Notes under the pieces: generated by a model
What the model saw: the letters and a program-made list of their open reading frames with translations, nothing else
Told to the model about the DNA's origin: nothing
Databases searched by the model: none
Program-made: the position numbers and the translations under genes
In this document: piece after piece, positions 39,920 to 54,099 of the stretch
How positions within the stretch are numbered: position 1 is the first letter of the stretch
How the letters are laid out: the number at the start of each line of letters is the position of its first letter
DNA from: Hydrolagus affinis
Taxonomy: Eukaryota
Direction: 5' to 3'
Length of the DNA: 64,000 nucleotides
NCBI GenBank assembly: GCA_012026655.1
Contig: JAAILG010000002.1
Span: forward strand, 62,001-126,000

Positions 39920-39994
39920 ATATTTACGTTACAATACTTACGGCCAATGCTGCAGGCAAGAGGACTCTCTTTATTTTGTTTGATAATGAGAATG

Positions 39995-40265
39995 GTAATC
40001 CTTGCATTGAATGCAATGCTTTTTAACGTCTTCCAGACGTCTCAAAGTACTTCACGGAATAGGCTGTAAGGTGAATTGACTGTGCGTTTGTGGGACCGAA
40101 ACGCGGCATCCAACTGCGCACAGAGGCGTCCCCACAAACAACCGTGGATTGAAATGACCGATTTATTACAGGGTTTTTTTTTCTTTTGAAGGGATTATTA
40201 TTATCAGGTGGGTGGAGTAAGGAAACTTGCCCCAAGGTTTCGCCCGACACTGGAATTGAACTCAG
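39995..40265 (-). mobile_element. Near full-length tRNA-derived SINE, tail-to-tail with the previous copy
   Basis: aatccttgcattg...gacgtctcaaag...ggaaacttgcccaaggtttcgccc...ggaattgaac. Confidence 0.9.
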
Positions 40266-40634
40266 CTCAATACGTCAAGTCAAGAGTGAAGTTCAATACG
40301 TAATTCAAAATTCACCTAAATCTTAGGAAACATTTCCAGTGCTGAGCTTGCCAAAGGAAACATTTATTTGGATGGACATTTCTGTGTACAATGAAAATGG
40401 GATAGCAAGGTAAAGAATATTGAATTATTGGAATTGGCTCAGTTTGTTTACCTCATGGCTGCTTGTTGGAAGTTGCTTGGGTGAATAACGGTTGCACTTG
40501 TCGACAAAAACAGCCACTGGACTTGGCAGTAATTACCCAAGATAATGCGAAGTGATCTGGCTACAATTGCTGTATCACTTGTGTTTTATCACACGGTGAA
40601 TTTGAAGAAAATTATACCTTCTTATTCTATTGTG

Positions 40635-40748
40635 CAATCCCGACGTGAAAGGTGCTGCTATGCAAATGTAGTTCTGTTGTGGTTGTTGAGATGTCCTCTC
40701 AATGTGAAAACGCATTATATTAAATGAATGGATTGTTATTATTATTAT
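40635..40748 (+). mobile_element. Two tandem L2-type 3' tails
   Basis: tcccgacgtgaaaggtgctgctatgcaaatgtag...ttgttg immediately followed by gagatgtcctctcaatgtgaaaacgcattatattaaatg...(ATT)n. Confidence 0.6.
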
Positions 40749-41724
40749 CAAAGATGGGTCTTGAGAAATTGTGATCTATAACTTTTCCTGTACAATTATT
40801 CCTCATGTTCTCCGCTCCCATTCAACCGACTGACGTAACTTCAGTCGTTCTTACCTCCAAAGGCTCCAGGAAAGTTTCCCTAAAGCTGAGGCGGTGGGGA
40901 GGGGTTTAGTTCGGCCCTGCCCTCTGTTCTTCTGTCCTTTGGTTAAAGATCTATTCTCACAAGACTTATTGACGTTCTTTTTTTTTTCCAATCAACATCC
41001 ATCATTGTCGGTCCCAAGGAATCCGCACAATCTGCAGACATGACAAATCACAGCATCTCCGTTGAATGTTTGTATGAAAGCAACGGAGGGTTTTTGAACT
41101 CCATTGATTGTTTGACTCGATTTAAAATTCCTGCCAACTTTAAAGAAAAATTTATTCATCCCAACACTCGAAAGTGCAAGGGTTTCCCGCACGAGGCTTC
41201 GGAATTTCTCCCACCATTCAATTCACCAGTAAAATACTTCAGTCGCATTTCAGAAAAACATGAGACATGCTCAACCTGTGGTTGATCCGAAATCCCTTAA
41301 CTGTTTATGTCGAAACCAAAGACTTCATTATTACTGATGCATCTTAAATGCCAAAACTGGCATTTGCGTTCCCTGGGGCATCTTTTTTTTTCACCTAAAT
41401 CACAATAAATTGTTCGGATTATTTATCATGTGAACAATTATTTTAACAGAAACATTTTGAAACATATTGTTTGGTCTCCTTGGTTACAAAAGCTAATGTG
41501 TCTAGCATCGTCGCTATTATTTTTTAGTGTTTTTTTTCTAGATCATAATTCACTCATAATAAACTCCCAATGAACTCATTGTCTTGCAGTTTAGAGTATT
41601 TTGTCATCTGTTTAATGGCACTGAGATATGGTGTCAACATTCAAGGCCAATTTTGACTCTCTTCCCACTTAATACAGCACTCTGGAAAATTAATTTGAGG
41701 AAATACTTCTTTTGAGAAGAAAAT

Positions 41725-41832
41725 AGTAATAATAATAATAATCCTTGAATTTGATATAGTGCTTTTCACATCTTCTAGACATCTCAAAGTGCTTCACAGA
41801 ATACACTGTAAAGTGAGTTGACTGTATATTTT
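41725..41832 (-). mobile_element. SINE 3' fragment
   Basis: (AAT)n-ccttgaatttgatatagtgcttttcacatcttctagacatctcaaagtgcttcacag. Confidence 0.88.
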
Positions 41833-43525
41833 GTATAAATATAGTATGTCTTGATGTTCAACTAACTTATTGTAACTTACTGTGTAGGTACACTGGCACG
41901 TGTTAAAATATCTGAAGAGGAGATGCATAAAAAGTATTGGGGGGTTGGAAAAAAATGGAGGAATGGGATGAAACTGATAGCTCTTTCAGAAAGCCAGCAT
42001 AGCCAGCATAAAGGTCTGAATGGAATTTTTCTAAGTTTCTAGGTTCACAATTACAACAATATCTCCAGAACAATCATTCCAGTTCTGGTGAAAGATCACT
42101 CCTGTCTTTTCTCTTTCAGTTGCTATTCACACTGCTGCCCATTTCGACCATTTGGAAGTTATGTAAGTTGTCTATTCCTCTCTGCTCCCAACATTTCTTG
42201 AAATGGAGTTAACAGTTCTTAAAGGTTAGCTACAATCTTATTCATCATCTAATTCCTTTACGTTATCGAAATCTCGCAAAGTACCAAAACACAATTCAAG
42301 AACATGAATTATCATGGGAAACTTGATGTTATATTATAGACAGGGGTCAAATTATTATTTTTTAGAAACAGCTGATAATAAATTCCTTGATCTCCAAAGA
42401 AGAAAAGTCCTGATGTACATAACATACTGGATTTCCACACCTCCGCAGTCATTTATTCCACTTCCACCAGGATTATTTGTAGGGATACCTGTGATGAGTG
42501 TTCGATTACTCTTTTGATCTGCGAAAGAAAAAGAAGTAAGACAAAATATGGAGACACAACGGCCAGCTAGCACATCGAGGAAACCCATTCCATTAGGCTA
42601 TCTCCGGCATTGGTCTGCGCTGGACTCTCCAAGCTTTCTCTCCAAGCTAAATCATTTCCTGAAAGATAGTGAATAATCATTAAATAACTTCTAAGAAGTT
42701 AATACACAGCGACATTTCTCCCTGGCCTATAAGTGAAATTGAACACAATTCAGACCAGCAATCTAATATGATGTACAGATGATTGGAAGAGTATAAATAA
42801 AGGGCCTGAATATTCAAACAAATAACCTTAAACGTATATTTTCTTTTCTCTCAACACAGCACGTTACATCAACTGTTTGCTCATCCACACATTAGAGAAA
42901 ACTATTTATTGATTCACACAATCGCTGTATTCTTACATTTGAAAAACAGTAAACAAACCACAATGTAATTGACGCATTGTCTGTGATGCTACAGTATCTC
43001 AAAGTCTGAAAATACACCCCATTGCATTGTTGATGAACACAATACTGTGCATTGCAACATTCAAAACTTAAGCTTTCCTTTGAACAAATGCCACATAATT
43101 TGTTCATACAAAGGATTAAGGAAGAAGTTTGTACTTCCATCTCCCATTACGAAAAGATGAATTTTTCAATTTTATCAAGTACTGTACAGTACTTTTTTTT
43201 TACTATTCTGTGAATGACTACTTATAAAATCTATATCCTTAAACAAAGTTGGACTTCAGATGCACAATTTATCTGGATGAAATATTTTCATCTAATTTCT
43301 TGCAGAATCTCATAAAGCCAATGGCGTGTGCTTCACTGCAATATAATAACAATTACATATACATAGCGCCTCTCACATTGGCAGGACACCTCAAAACTTT
43401 GGTTAGTTAATGAAATGCATTGAGATCAGTAACTCTTCATTTGACTTTTTGCTGGTTTCGTTTCCTCATTTCATTGGCATGTTACCGAGGTTTTTTTTGT
43501 GATATCTTGCCAACACCAGGATTGT

Positions 43526-43835
43526 AATAATAATAATATCCTTGCATTTGGCATAGACGTTTTTCACGCCTTCTAGACATCGCAAAGCCCTTCACAGAAT
43601 ATACTGTAAAGTGAAATGACTGTATATATTTGTGGGCAAAACACGGCAGCCAATTGCGCACAGCAGCGTCCACACAAACAGTCATGGATTTAAATCACCA
43701 ACTTTTATTATTGTGTTTTTTTTTGGGGGGGATTATTATTAGGCGTGCCCCAGGTTTCGCCCTGACCTGCCTGGATTTGAACACAGGTCTCGCGCTTGTA
43801 AGGCGAATGCTCTAACCACTGAGCTACAGGACTCC
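43526..43835 (-). mobile_element. Full-length tRNA-derived SINE
   Basis: Reverse complement of the family, ending in gctctaaccactgagctacaggactcc (head). Confidence 0.92.
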
Positions 43836-43943
43836 ACGTAGCAAAACGTTAGGGAACTTTTCTTTCCCTCAAAATAAGTTTGTTTGTGGAGATTTCTGGC
43901 TACTTCTTGTATTCCAAACACAGCAGATGGACGCTTCAACATA

Positions 43944-44148
43944 CAGTAAAAGCCCATTTATCCGGCACCCTCAGGACTTGCCAATACCGGTTAAAGCGCC
44001 TGCTGGATATTCGGCTGAAAACGCAATTGTTTTAAAAAAATGCATTTTTCCAGATAAATTCTGGTTAATCGAATGCGGACCTTTTAATGCGATGCCGGTT
44101 ATACGGAAGTTACGGTTGATCGGGTGCCAGATAAACGGGCTTTTACTG
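43944..44148. mobile_element. Tc1/mariner (pogo/Tigger-like) MITE, 205 bp
   Basis: TA|cagtaaaagcccatttatccggcaccc ... gggtgccagataaacgggcttttactg|TA; internal sequence homologous to 25850-26047. Confidence 0.92.
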
Positions 44149-45671
44149 TAGTTCATTTTTTTCATTTATTTGCACAGTTTGATCAGCAATGTGACTCCTG
44201 TCATTAAACAGAAAGTGACAATAATTGGTGACGTCACTTGAAATCGATCAATGGTGAAATAGATACAGTGGATGGAATGAGATTTAAAAAAATGCACTGA
44301 AGAAAGTTATCCTGACATGTCGATGATGGAAATGAAAATTTGAATACCAATGCGATGTCTTGCTTATACCATCTATCCATCACTTTAGACACTTTAGATA
44401 ATTCACTTTTCATATAGGAAATAGTCAGTGGAGGCTCAATAAATACAGTAAATGATTGGACTTCAAATCTACTCATTGAAATTAATATTTATTCAGTGGA
44501 TGAGTACCAAGGCCATCTTTTTTTTCAGTGCATCTTACCACATTACTCCAGTGATAGCATAATGAAACCAATGGTCTCCCTGGCTCCATAGATGTGCACA
44601 ATAAATACAAATATATTAAAATATGTTACAATATTCTGCTGTACTTAAAGCAAAATATAAACCTGTATATGTCCTAGAAATCAGCACATCCTGTAAAGGT
44701 GCCTTTTAATTAAATTGTAGTTGAGTTGCTTCACAAAACTTCTTTGATACTTTAATTAAGACACCCAAATATCTGTATAAATATATTTAAAAAAATATAT
44801 TCTAGTATTCTTTACAAAAATAACTTTATTACTTTTTTTTAACAGTAAGCCTCTGTATTGGTAATCATATACACATGCATTTAAATTATGCAAGGTCAGA
44901 TTTTACTTCAACAGATACTTGTTCATAAATAATCAAGGAGAGTGAACACTACTGTACCTGTAAAAACAATGCTTTTTTTTTGCAAACCAATGGCCACTTG
45001 TTCAGCTTCAGTTCCCAAGGATTGTTGCTATTTGCAGCCTTGGTCACTGTGGTAAAGTTTTTTTTGTAAATCAGTTAGGAAACATCAAAGACGTATAGAA
45101 TCTGGCAGAGGTACCTGGTTGACAGCCACAGAGAAGTTGGAGGAGTTTGTGTAAAAATGGGCCAGGAACAAACTTTTAAGCTGAATTTTCAGTTTCGAAA
45201 TCCTGCTGAGCAACGGATTTAAGACTTTACTGCATCCCTAATGTTTGTGATGAATAATTCAGACCATTAAACTATATTCTTATACGTGCAGATTAGCATA
45301 GTCCTTATATCCTTGTAAATTCCCAGTTCTTACATTAGAATCAGAAACTGATTTTCAATTTTTTTTTAACTTTGGATATCATACACTCATTCCCTGCAAT
45401 GTTGTGCCTCTAACACGTATCTATTGTGAACCCGTACTTCTGAAGTCCTAATCCCATTATTCTTCAGTAGGAATGGATTTATTACTTATGCAGTCTACTT
45501 GCCCTGATCTGATTCCAAACGCTTTTTAAAAGTTGGTGCCTCACTGATACTCCCTTATTGATCTCTCAGAGATGCAGAGAATTATGAATAGGTTTCATAT
45601 CCCTTTTGTTATTTTTGGACGAGTTTTGAAGCAAAATGCGTAAACAGTGATTGCAGATGGGATCTGGGTTT

Positions 45672-45738
45672 ACAACAACAACAACAACTTTGATTTATAT
45701 AGCGCCCTCCACGCTGGACGGCATCTCAGAGCGCTTTA
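45672..45738 (-). mobile_element. Short L2-type tail, variant family
   Basis: (ACA)n-ctttgatttatatagcgccctccacgctggacggcatctcagagcgctt, close match to the insert at 939-1016. Confidence 0.75.
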
Positions 45739-46742
45739 ATGGGAAGTTGCACTCAATCAACTAGTCCTTAAAACCTGAATTAACTTGTCGAGTCAAAACA
45801 TCAAGACATCTAAAAAATACTTTGATTTCGATAAACACAATCAGCTGATTGAAACATAATCTCTTATATTAAGGTTAAGAAGGTTCAGAAACTTCCTTCT
45901 TCTGACTGGTTATTTTGCTGTCAGCATCACCCACCTCGCATGGAACGTTTAAGACGCCATCTGCGAGAAGCAAAGAAACATAATACAGTATTTGCACTAT
46001 GCAAAATAGCTGTTTATTCAAGTCAAGGTTCACAAGCTGAACGAACGAAGCTGAGAATGGAGTCTCAGGCCCTTGCTGCATCAGGGGAAATTTTGATAAA
46101 CATGTTTAACATATTACCTGCAGACCTTCAGTTCTAACTATTTACTCATCTGCAATATCGTCAACAATCACAACACTGCAGTCAGACCTACTTAACCTCA
46201 TGTTCACTCATGCTCTTTACCTTAGCTCACTGCAGAGGCGAATAACCTCTCGCTTCAGTGAAAGTGCCACGAAGCATGGCACATCACAAGTAGCAATACT
46301 GTACCTGGTCTTATCATGCAGCTCTCAACTTAACATACTTGTCTGTGCACAGTTACCCATGGCTGGACTCGATGCAGTGTCACATTACAAACAGAGAAAT
46401 CAAACTACTACAGTTACTACGATTCCTTTTTTCAGAGCAGACGATCATCACACTCCTATTCACAGTTACCAATCCTCAGTATTATAGTTACTCCTTTTCT
46501 GGGTTTGCAACTCAATGTTCAGGATACATGGTACAGAAATACTGAAGAAATGCATTCTGTCCTATGTTTCAAGTCGAGCTTGATAATGTGTTTACAGCAT
46601 CACTGTAGGCAAACCATACCCCAAACACAAGGATGTCCCTGTGCACAAGCTGCCCAGGAGAGAGTTTCATCTGCTTTCAGTATCCTCACTGGCCGCCTCT
46701 ATCCAAAGATATGGCTTCTGCTGCTACATGGCAGCACAGAGG

Positions 46743-47055
46743 TAATAATAATAAAAATCCTTGCATTTCAACGCTTTTCACATCTTCTAGACGTCTCAAA
46801 GAGTATCACAGAATATGCTGTAAAGTGAATTGACTGTTTATTTGTGAGCGAAATGCAGCAGCCAATTGCGCACAGCAGCGTCCCCACAAACAGTCGTGGA
46901 TTGAGTGACCAAAGTATTTTTGTATTTTTTTTTAGAAGGATTATTATCAAGCGCGTGGTGTAAAGAAACTTGCCCAAAGTTTCGCCCTGCCGGGAATCAA
47001 TCCCAGGTCTCTTGCTTGCAAGGTGAGTGCTCTAAGCACTGAGCTACAGGACTGC
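46743..47055 (-). mobile_element. Full-length tRNA-derived SINE
   Basis: Reverse complement of the family from the (AAT)n tail to gcactgagctacaggact. Confidence 0.92.
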
Positions 47056-48097
47056 GGGGAATGATGGTATTGTGTTTTATACATGATGCTGCCATACATA
47101 TGGTAATGCCATTTTTCTGCAACATGATTACATTGTGTGGCTGCATGTGCACAAAACCCTCCTGGAGTCTGTAATAAACTGCCTGAAGCTGGATAAAAGC
47201 AGCAAATCTAGCAAGCACGTAATCGCCTGCCATTCACAAGTAGCTCTTAGCCTCTGTTACCCTTCTTTTTTTAGTGTGTGTTCAACTGAAAGTGGAAGGG
47301 ACCTGTCATTGTTGCACCCAAGCAACGTGGACGCTGTTTCTGACTACAGTCCTCGCTGGCGAAATCAGCTAGAACTCCTACATGCAAGTTGCGCGACACA
47401 TCCAATGTGATGCCATTAAATAATCAATGGAATTTGGTATGGAGTATCATGGCACGACCTACGTCCAGTATACAAAAAAAAATTCACAACAATATTACAA
47501 AATGTTCATGTTTAGGTGACAGCAAAAGTAAGTCACAATCTAATTTCTGCCTGTGTTCTATTTTGCGACAATGCTATTTCATACTGTCATAGGGTAGCGT
47601 GAAATACCATACTGGTAATGGCCTGCCATTTCCAGATTCCTTTTTCACTGAGTAAACTTGAAGTATGAGTACTGAAGCGCTGACTGGTGTCCCGACATCA
47701 AGCTCCTGTCAGCTATAGCGTGAAATCTTTAAGAGTGCCCAAGAACTTTTTAAACGTTCAATTTAAAATGTACAGTAAGAAAAAAAATGCTATCACTGTC
47801 TGCAGTTATACCATGGTTATGCTTGGGTTGAAGCGATACATGAGAAATCCCTTGAGGTGTTTCCACATCGCTTCGTTTTATCTTAGTCACAATCGTTAAA
47901 CCCAAGTTTTACAGCAGTTTGACTTGTGAAATCCTCAGTATAATTTTTCCATTCTAGGGCTGGTGACCTAAGAAATTTCAATTATAGGAAAATTTGCACA
48001 CTTAATTAACCCTCAGGCTGTCAGAACCTCAGTGGAATTCCACCTCCATGGGCAGCTATATATATTTTTTTTTTTTTGAAAAGTTGAATTATAAGTG

Positions 48098-48418
48098 GAG
48101 ACCTGTAGCTCAGTGGTTAGAGCACTTGCCTCGTAAGCAAGCGACCTCCTGGGTTTGATTCCCATCAGGGTGAAACCTTGGGGAAGTTTCCTTACCCCAC
48201 ACACCTGATAATAATCCTAATCCTTCAAGAAAAGAAAACAATAATAAATTGGTAATTTCAATCCTCGACTGTTTGTGGGACACTGCTGTGCACAATTGGC
48301 TGCCTCCTTTCACCCACAAATATACAGTCAATTCACTTTACAGTGTATTCTGTGAAGTGTTTTGAGACGTCTGGAAGGCGTGAAAAGCTCTATGTCAAAT
48401 ACAAGGACTTGATTTTAA
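48098..48418 (+). mobile_element. Full-length tRNA-derived SINE
   Basis: cctgtagctcagtggttagagcacttgcc...gggtttgattcc head, body and tail. Confidence 0.92.
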
Positions 48419-51400
48419 TATGACACTTTTCAAAGGAATTGTTTCAAGGGATACACTGCAAAATACAATAAATGTTTAGTTCATATTCGAAGTTTGCAAA
48501 CTCTTGAAGAAACATTAACATTACTGCAAGAAACCTACCCTCCAAAAACAAACACGGAAGGTTAATTTAAATTTAAAAATGTTACCATTTCCTGCTGGTT
48601 ACTGACTTATCCTCCCTCTCTTCCCTTTACAAGTTGAACTTTACTTCTAATCCGATGTTAAAAAAACTCAATTAAGGCAAAGGAAATCTAAAAATTGACA
48701 TAGACACTTGACAAATGTGGTCAGAGCAACATTTGATGCAACATTACACAATCAGAGTATTCATTACAGCTCAGCAAACCATCTCATTGATGCTGTGACA
48801 GCGCTCCAACAAGATTATACATCAGCAGCACTCTAAAGGTTGAGTTAATTAGATCCGTTGTCTAATAATTGGCTGAATTGATATTTTTAGTTTGCTAGCA
48901 ATAGCATTTTCTTATTTCCCACTTTGCAATAATTGGGTACTAAAATTAGCAGCAGCCTGATAGTTCCCTGGACATTGATAAGTCTTTGAGACAAACAGAG
49001 ACCTTTCGTTTTAGGTCAGTCAGGTGTCCGGTAGGTGCAGAAATCCATTCCCCATGTTTAAGAGTATCCTAATCCCGACAGAGAGTTCTGTGCATCCCAC
49101 CATCTCGTGGAAATTCCCATTGAATGGAGTGCTCACTCTCTCCCTGGAGGGACACATCCCATTTACCTAATTTTGAAGAGAACTTGGCACAGGCTGACAA
49201 GAGCCAAGGCTTGGAGATCCCAGAGTGTGTGTGTTGGAGTCTAACCAAATAAAACACATAACCTATCATTGAAAGCATCACCTGTCAACCTTCCCTCTAC
49301 TTGTCCAGTAAGGACCATTAGGCTTGCTGGGTTAGCCATGTGAGAGGAAACCTTGTCTCCAGTAGGTAGACCATACATGGCGTTTATATCTGTGATTGTT
49401 CTTACATAAAGTAATACATACTTTTGCATTCTCTGCTAATTCTTCAGGCCTCAACAGTTCTGAGGTTATATGATGCATAACTTACAAGCATGCAAAGGAA
49501 TATACAAAAGATACCATCCGCTGTTAAAATGAATTCTTTAAGCTACTTGGAAAGAACTGTCATTAATGAAACAGAATCTACCAGGTGTATTGACTTAAAA
49601 TTGCTCATGGCTTCCATTTCAAACGTGACTGCTAACTCAGAGGAAATGACAGTAAGATTTTAAATCAACTGCAACCCCACAAATAAGTCATTTGTGACTT
49701 ATTTATTAAACCCAAAGTACCTTGGGCAACTCCTCTCAGTCAGGGTATGGTAAATTATGCAAAATGCATATTGGGAGATCTGCCTCTTCCTCTTGGGATC
49801 ATTATATCTTTCTTGCTGGCAACATAACTGCTATTGCATCATTATTTGAGACCTTTTGTGGTCAGATGTTAAGTGCTACTTCAGCTTTGTCCGAAAGCTA
49901 GCACAACTTGACACCGAAATTTGTCATTGCCCATTGAATGTCAGCATTTAATTTGCCATTAGATTCCCAGTGATGATCTATTTCAACTAGCATTTAATCA
50001 CGCTCCTATTAACCATCACTGCTGGTGCGTAATGCAAGTGGAAATTTTAAACTGATGGTAAATATCCTATGTGTTTATTTCGCATCACGGAGAGTGTTAC
50101 TAACAGTTTTATACGCGCGTGTATGCCAATGTTAAACATGTTACAACATCATAAGTAATCTAGCTCAATGTTTCCAACAAGGTGTACACAACTGACACAG
50201 ATCAGACACAATGAATTCAATGAATTGGTCTCAGTTCAGCGGTTTTCCTTTCAGTGTTTGTCTTATGCTGTTCCTGTCTATCAGAAAATGCTACAGGAAT
50301 CATCTAATGCCTTTTCACTTCTAATTCAGCTGTATTTGACGGAGCCCAGATATAAGGGTAAAAACACTAACATTTTCTTAAGGTGCGTGCCCAGCTATTG
50401 TCTGAATAGTTGCAGAAACCAATGTTCACCTGAGTTCAGCGATCCATAGATTTTTACATTTATCCACACATTTTTAAAATTCATCACCGTAATCTAAATT
50501 AGCAGTCTTCTGCAGCTCTGCTGCCTGCTTCAGTTCACACCACTTTTCATTTTTAACCTAAGCATATTCAAAAAAAGGTTATCCGACAACTATTCTAGCA
50601 AGACGGAATGCACTCTACACGTCACCAACTCCTATAGCAACAACATCTTGAAGGTGGTTTTTCTATGATGCCTTTTCCCTACTCATGCTTAATCTCTGCT
50701 CCTAAAGAGCGTGTAAGGCTTAACACGAGGGAATTATTGAACCTTATCTGGCCTCCAATGTTCAGTAGGATGATTCCCTTAATATTTCTCTGGCCTTCGT
50801 TTGGCCACCTGTTTCTCTCCCTTTCTCCCATCCTTTAAATAAACTGGCACGAGTCTATGAATGACAATGACAGTAAGTCGCCTTTGTAAAGGCTTTTAAT
50901 TTGACATTAAGTGGTGTGGGGGTGTGCCCTGTACCCACATATTATTGCACTATAATCAAGTGATTTGATTCTCAGATCCCTGTCACTTGTAGACTCACAG
51001 TAAATTACAGATCAGAAGAAGGCCATTTGGTGCATTCTGTCCACGCTAACTCTTTCAGTGGATGTCAATACTGGTGTAATTCCCTAATTAATGTCAGGAC
51101 ATTTGGTTTTAAATAGTATTATCTTGCAGGTCACCTGATTATATGCAATTCAGAATTATAGAGCACTGCCTTGCACCGGTATGATTTTTACATCTTCTGA
51201 CATACATGCTCTTCTATCAAGATGCAATGTAATCAAAGCTTGTTAACAGTGCTGCAGCCTTGTTTTGAAGCAGGTATTCATCTGTGACTTTTTTTTACCG
51301 TCACAGAGAGGGGTCTAAGCAGGATGTCTCTCACACCACTTGTGGCGATTGGTGAGAGAAAGCAGAATCTCCGATTACCTGACGAAGAGTGCTAAAGTGC

Positions 51401-53284
51401 CCCCGGTACCAGTAATAACTCTTATTATTAGTAGATAAAAAACAAATTTAAATTCAAATGAACCATCTTTTAGAAAACAAATTGTTCGGCTGGAATGGTA
51501 TTAGTGAAACGCTCCTTAGGGAAACTATTAAATGCAAAACATACTCCAGAAATCTTGAACATCTTAATAACTAGCTCACAGCTTTGTCACACATTCTTCT
51601 TACTTCATTCATTAAATTCTATGTTCCACATTTCCATACTGAATTCTCTCAGTACTAAATTTAGAAATTTATATATTTATATATACAAACTGTATATGTA
51701 CTGATGGATATACTGGGTGCATCTATCTATCTATATACATATATGTGTCCATATATTTGCAGGATATAGAGAATATTTGACTCAGGTTATGTTTTCTCTC
51801 AGATCCCCCAAAAATAACACATCATAATTGGTCTAGCTGATTCAGAGACAGAGAGAGATAGAAGAGAGCGCGCGAAAAGTGTCAGAGTTCTAGGAAAGGA
51901 GTTAGTTTAATGATGAATCGGGTACCACAGAATAGATAGAATGATTTCAGAGAAAACAGAATTGTTGTGACCCTAATGTTTGTGGAAACATCAAACAATT
52001 TTGATGAACTTTATGCACTTGCACTCAATAATTACCTTTGAGTGAATGTGACCTTTAGAGTGTATTTTCTCCAGTCAGATTTCTGCCATTAATTTTAGGT
52101 GATTTATGATATGATCAATTATTTCAATCAAAGTACTTTATAGTTCCGCATGTCTCCATCGCTCCGATGGCCACTTTCACCAGGATTGTCTTGAGAATGT
52201 GACGTGGGGGATTTGTGTGCTGGGATTATCAAGATAATTTGCTTGCAACAGACTCAATTAACTTTCATTTTCGAGTGCTTTGTCATCTTTTGATGGCAAT
52301 AGGACTCAATATTGATATTCCAGGTCAGCCCTGGCTCTTTGCCCACATAATAAACCTTTGATTCAGTTTTCTTAAAATCTAGAAAGTGACTTCAGAAAAT
52401 CCCACCTGAAATATTAATAAATTCCACAGGAATTAACTGATCTCCACTAAGGCAGTTGGCAAATAAAGTACATGCAATTGAAACAACCAAATGATAGCCT
52501 AATGGAATAACACACTGTTGCTATGCAGTACCATTATGCTGAACCATATGGCGCAGTGTGTTGGCATCAATTATCCTCCACATTATGATCTTCCAATCTT
52601 TGATATCAAATGGAAGCTCTGACTGAAATAACAATAATAATCTTGCATTTAAAAAATATACAGACATTTTTCAAGTTTTTTTTAAACAAATTACAATTTT
52701 AAAAAGTGAATGTTTTTAAGAAATGGTGGAGGGAAACACTGATGATGAGGCCACTGTTATGCGTGAGAAATGGCTTCACGGCTGTGGCTATGGATCTGAA
52801 ATTATACTTGTGAGCGAGACTTTAAGAGAGGGAGGCAAGGACAAATGGCTCGTTCAGCTACTGGCATCACTTTATCTTCAGCATATTGAGTTGATAAACG
52901 CAATGTTACTCAACAGATTCGATGTGATAATGAATGATTTTTTTTTGTAACCTTGAAATCTGTTCGGAAACATAGCATTTATTTTAAAATCCATTGAATC
53001 TTTGAACATTCCAAAAGAAAACATTTTACTTCTAAATAACTGTGCATCCAAACTGCAGTTTTTAAAGTTTTATTGGTGGGGGTCAGTCGGACTGAGACCA
53101 CCTATGTTAAATGGAATGAAATAAATACTCTGTCTCTAGGGATACAAATCCTGCTTACCCAATTCAAAAAAATATTAGATGAGGTACTGTATAACCTACA
53201 AAATCAGCCCTATTTGTTGCGCTGGAATAAAACATTAATCTGCTGTCGAGAGCCCTGCCAGTTTGAGTGCATGGACTTTCATCA

Positions 53285-53428
53285 TCATAATAATAACAAT
53301 AATAATGATAATCATCCTTACATTTGATATGGTGCTTTATCATGTTGTTGAGACATCGCAAAATGCTTCACCGGATATACTGCAAAATGAACTGTGTATT
53401 TTATGGGCAAAACGCGGCAGCCAAATTG
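53285..53428 (-). mobile_element. SINE 3' fragment with expanded (ATA/ATC)n tail
   Basis: catccttacatttgatatggtgc...gagacatcgcaaaatgcttcac...aacgcggcagccaaattg. Confidence 0.8.
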
Positions 53429-54099
53429 CTCTCAAGAAATGTCCTGGAATGCATGCATAATATAATTTGCATACAAAATGTGATTTTATTCATGTAAATC
53501 TTCGGGATACCCACGGTAAAAATGAAAAACAGGTTTCCACAGATGGGTTACAATGTGTATTCGGAAAAAATCGTTGAGGCTTTTTAGAGACACTGTATTT
53601 ACAACTGCCAAAACATAAGTCATTAAGTCAGTGACAGGGGTTACACTTACGAGAGCTAAATATTTATTTCTTGCTTATGGAACAACTAGGTTGCGTTCTT
53701 CCACTGTGATGACGAAGAATTTTGGAATAGGCTAGCTATTCCAAAAATTTTAAGTGGGGCTAACGTGCCAGTGTCTGTCTGATAAAGTGCGTAATTACAA
53801 CAAAAAAAACATTAAAAACTGTTCAATGCCAGAAACAGTTCATATGTAAATGTAGAGTTACTGTCTAAATCCAATTGCTTGAAATCAAAGTGTGATAGTT
53901 AATTAACTCGTTACTGGGATGTGTCCACAAAGGATGTTAAGCAACATTTTTCAAATGTCACGCACAAAATCCTATTAACTCAAACATTGCATAGTGCTGC
54001 GCAGTAAATTTCTGTGTATCCTGAACTAAAGGGAAACATACTTTTTTGTTAACTATCTATATGCCACAAGAACTGCTTTAAATTCACTGAATTCTAATC

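Noticed and set aside
48098-48165. tRNA genes at SINE heads (also 11.3, 24.9, 39.6, 43.8, 47.0 and 62.5 kb)
   Set aside because: A/B boxes and an anticodon-like arm are present, but there is no evident acceptor stem, and each continues into the SINE body and tail.
49681-53746. Short hairpins at 49681-49704 (10-bp arms) and 53720-53746 (11-bp arms)
   Set aside because: AT-rich, short and isolated; not convincing as pre-miRNAs or terminators in eukaryotic DNA.
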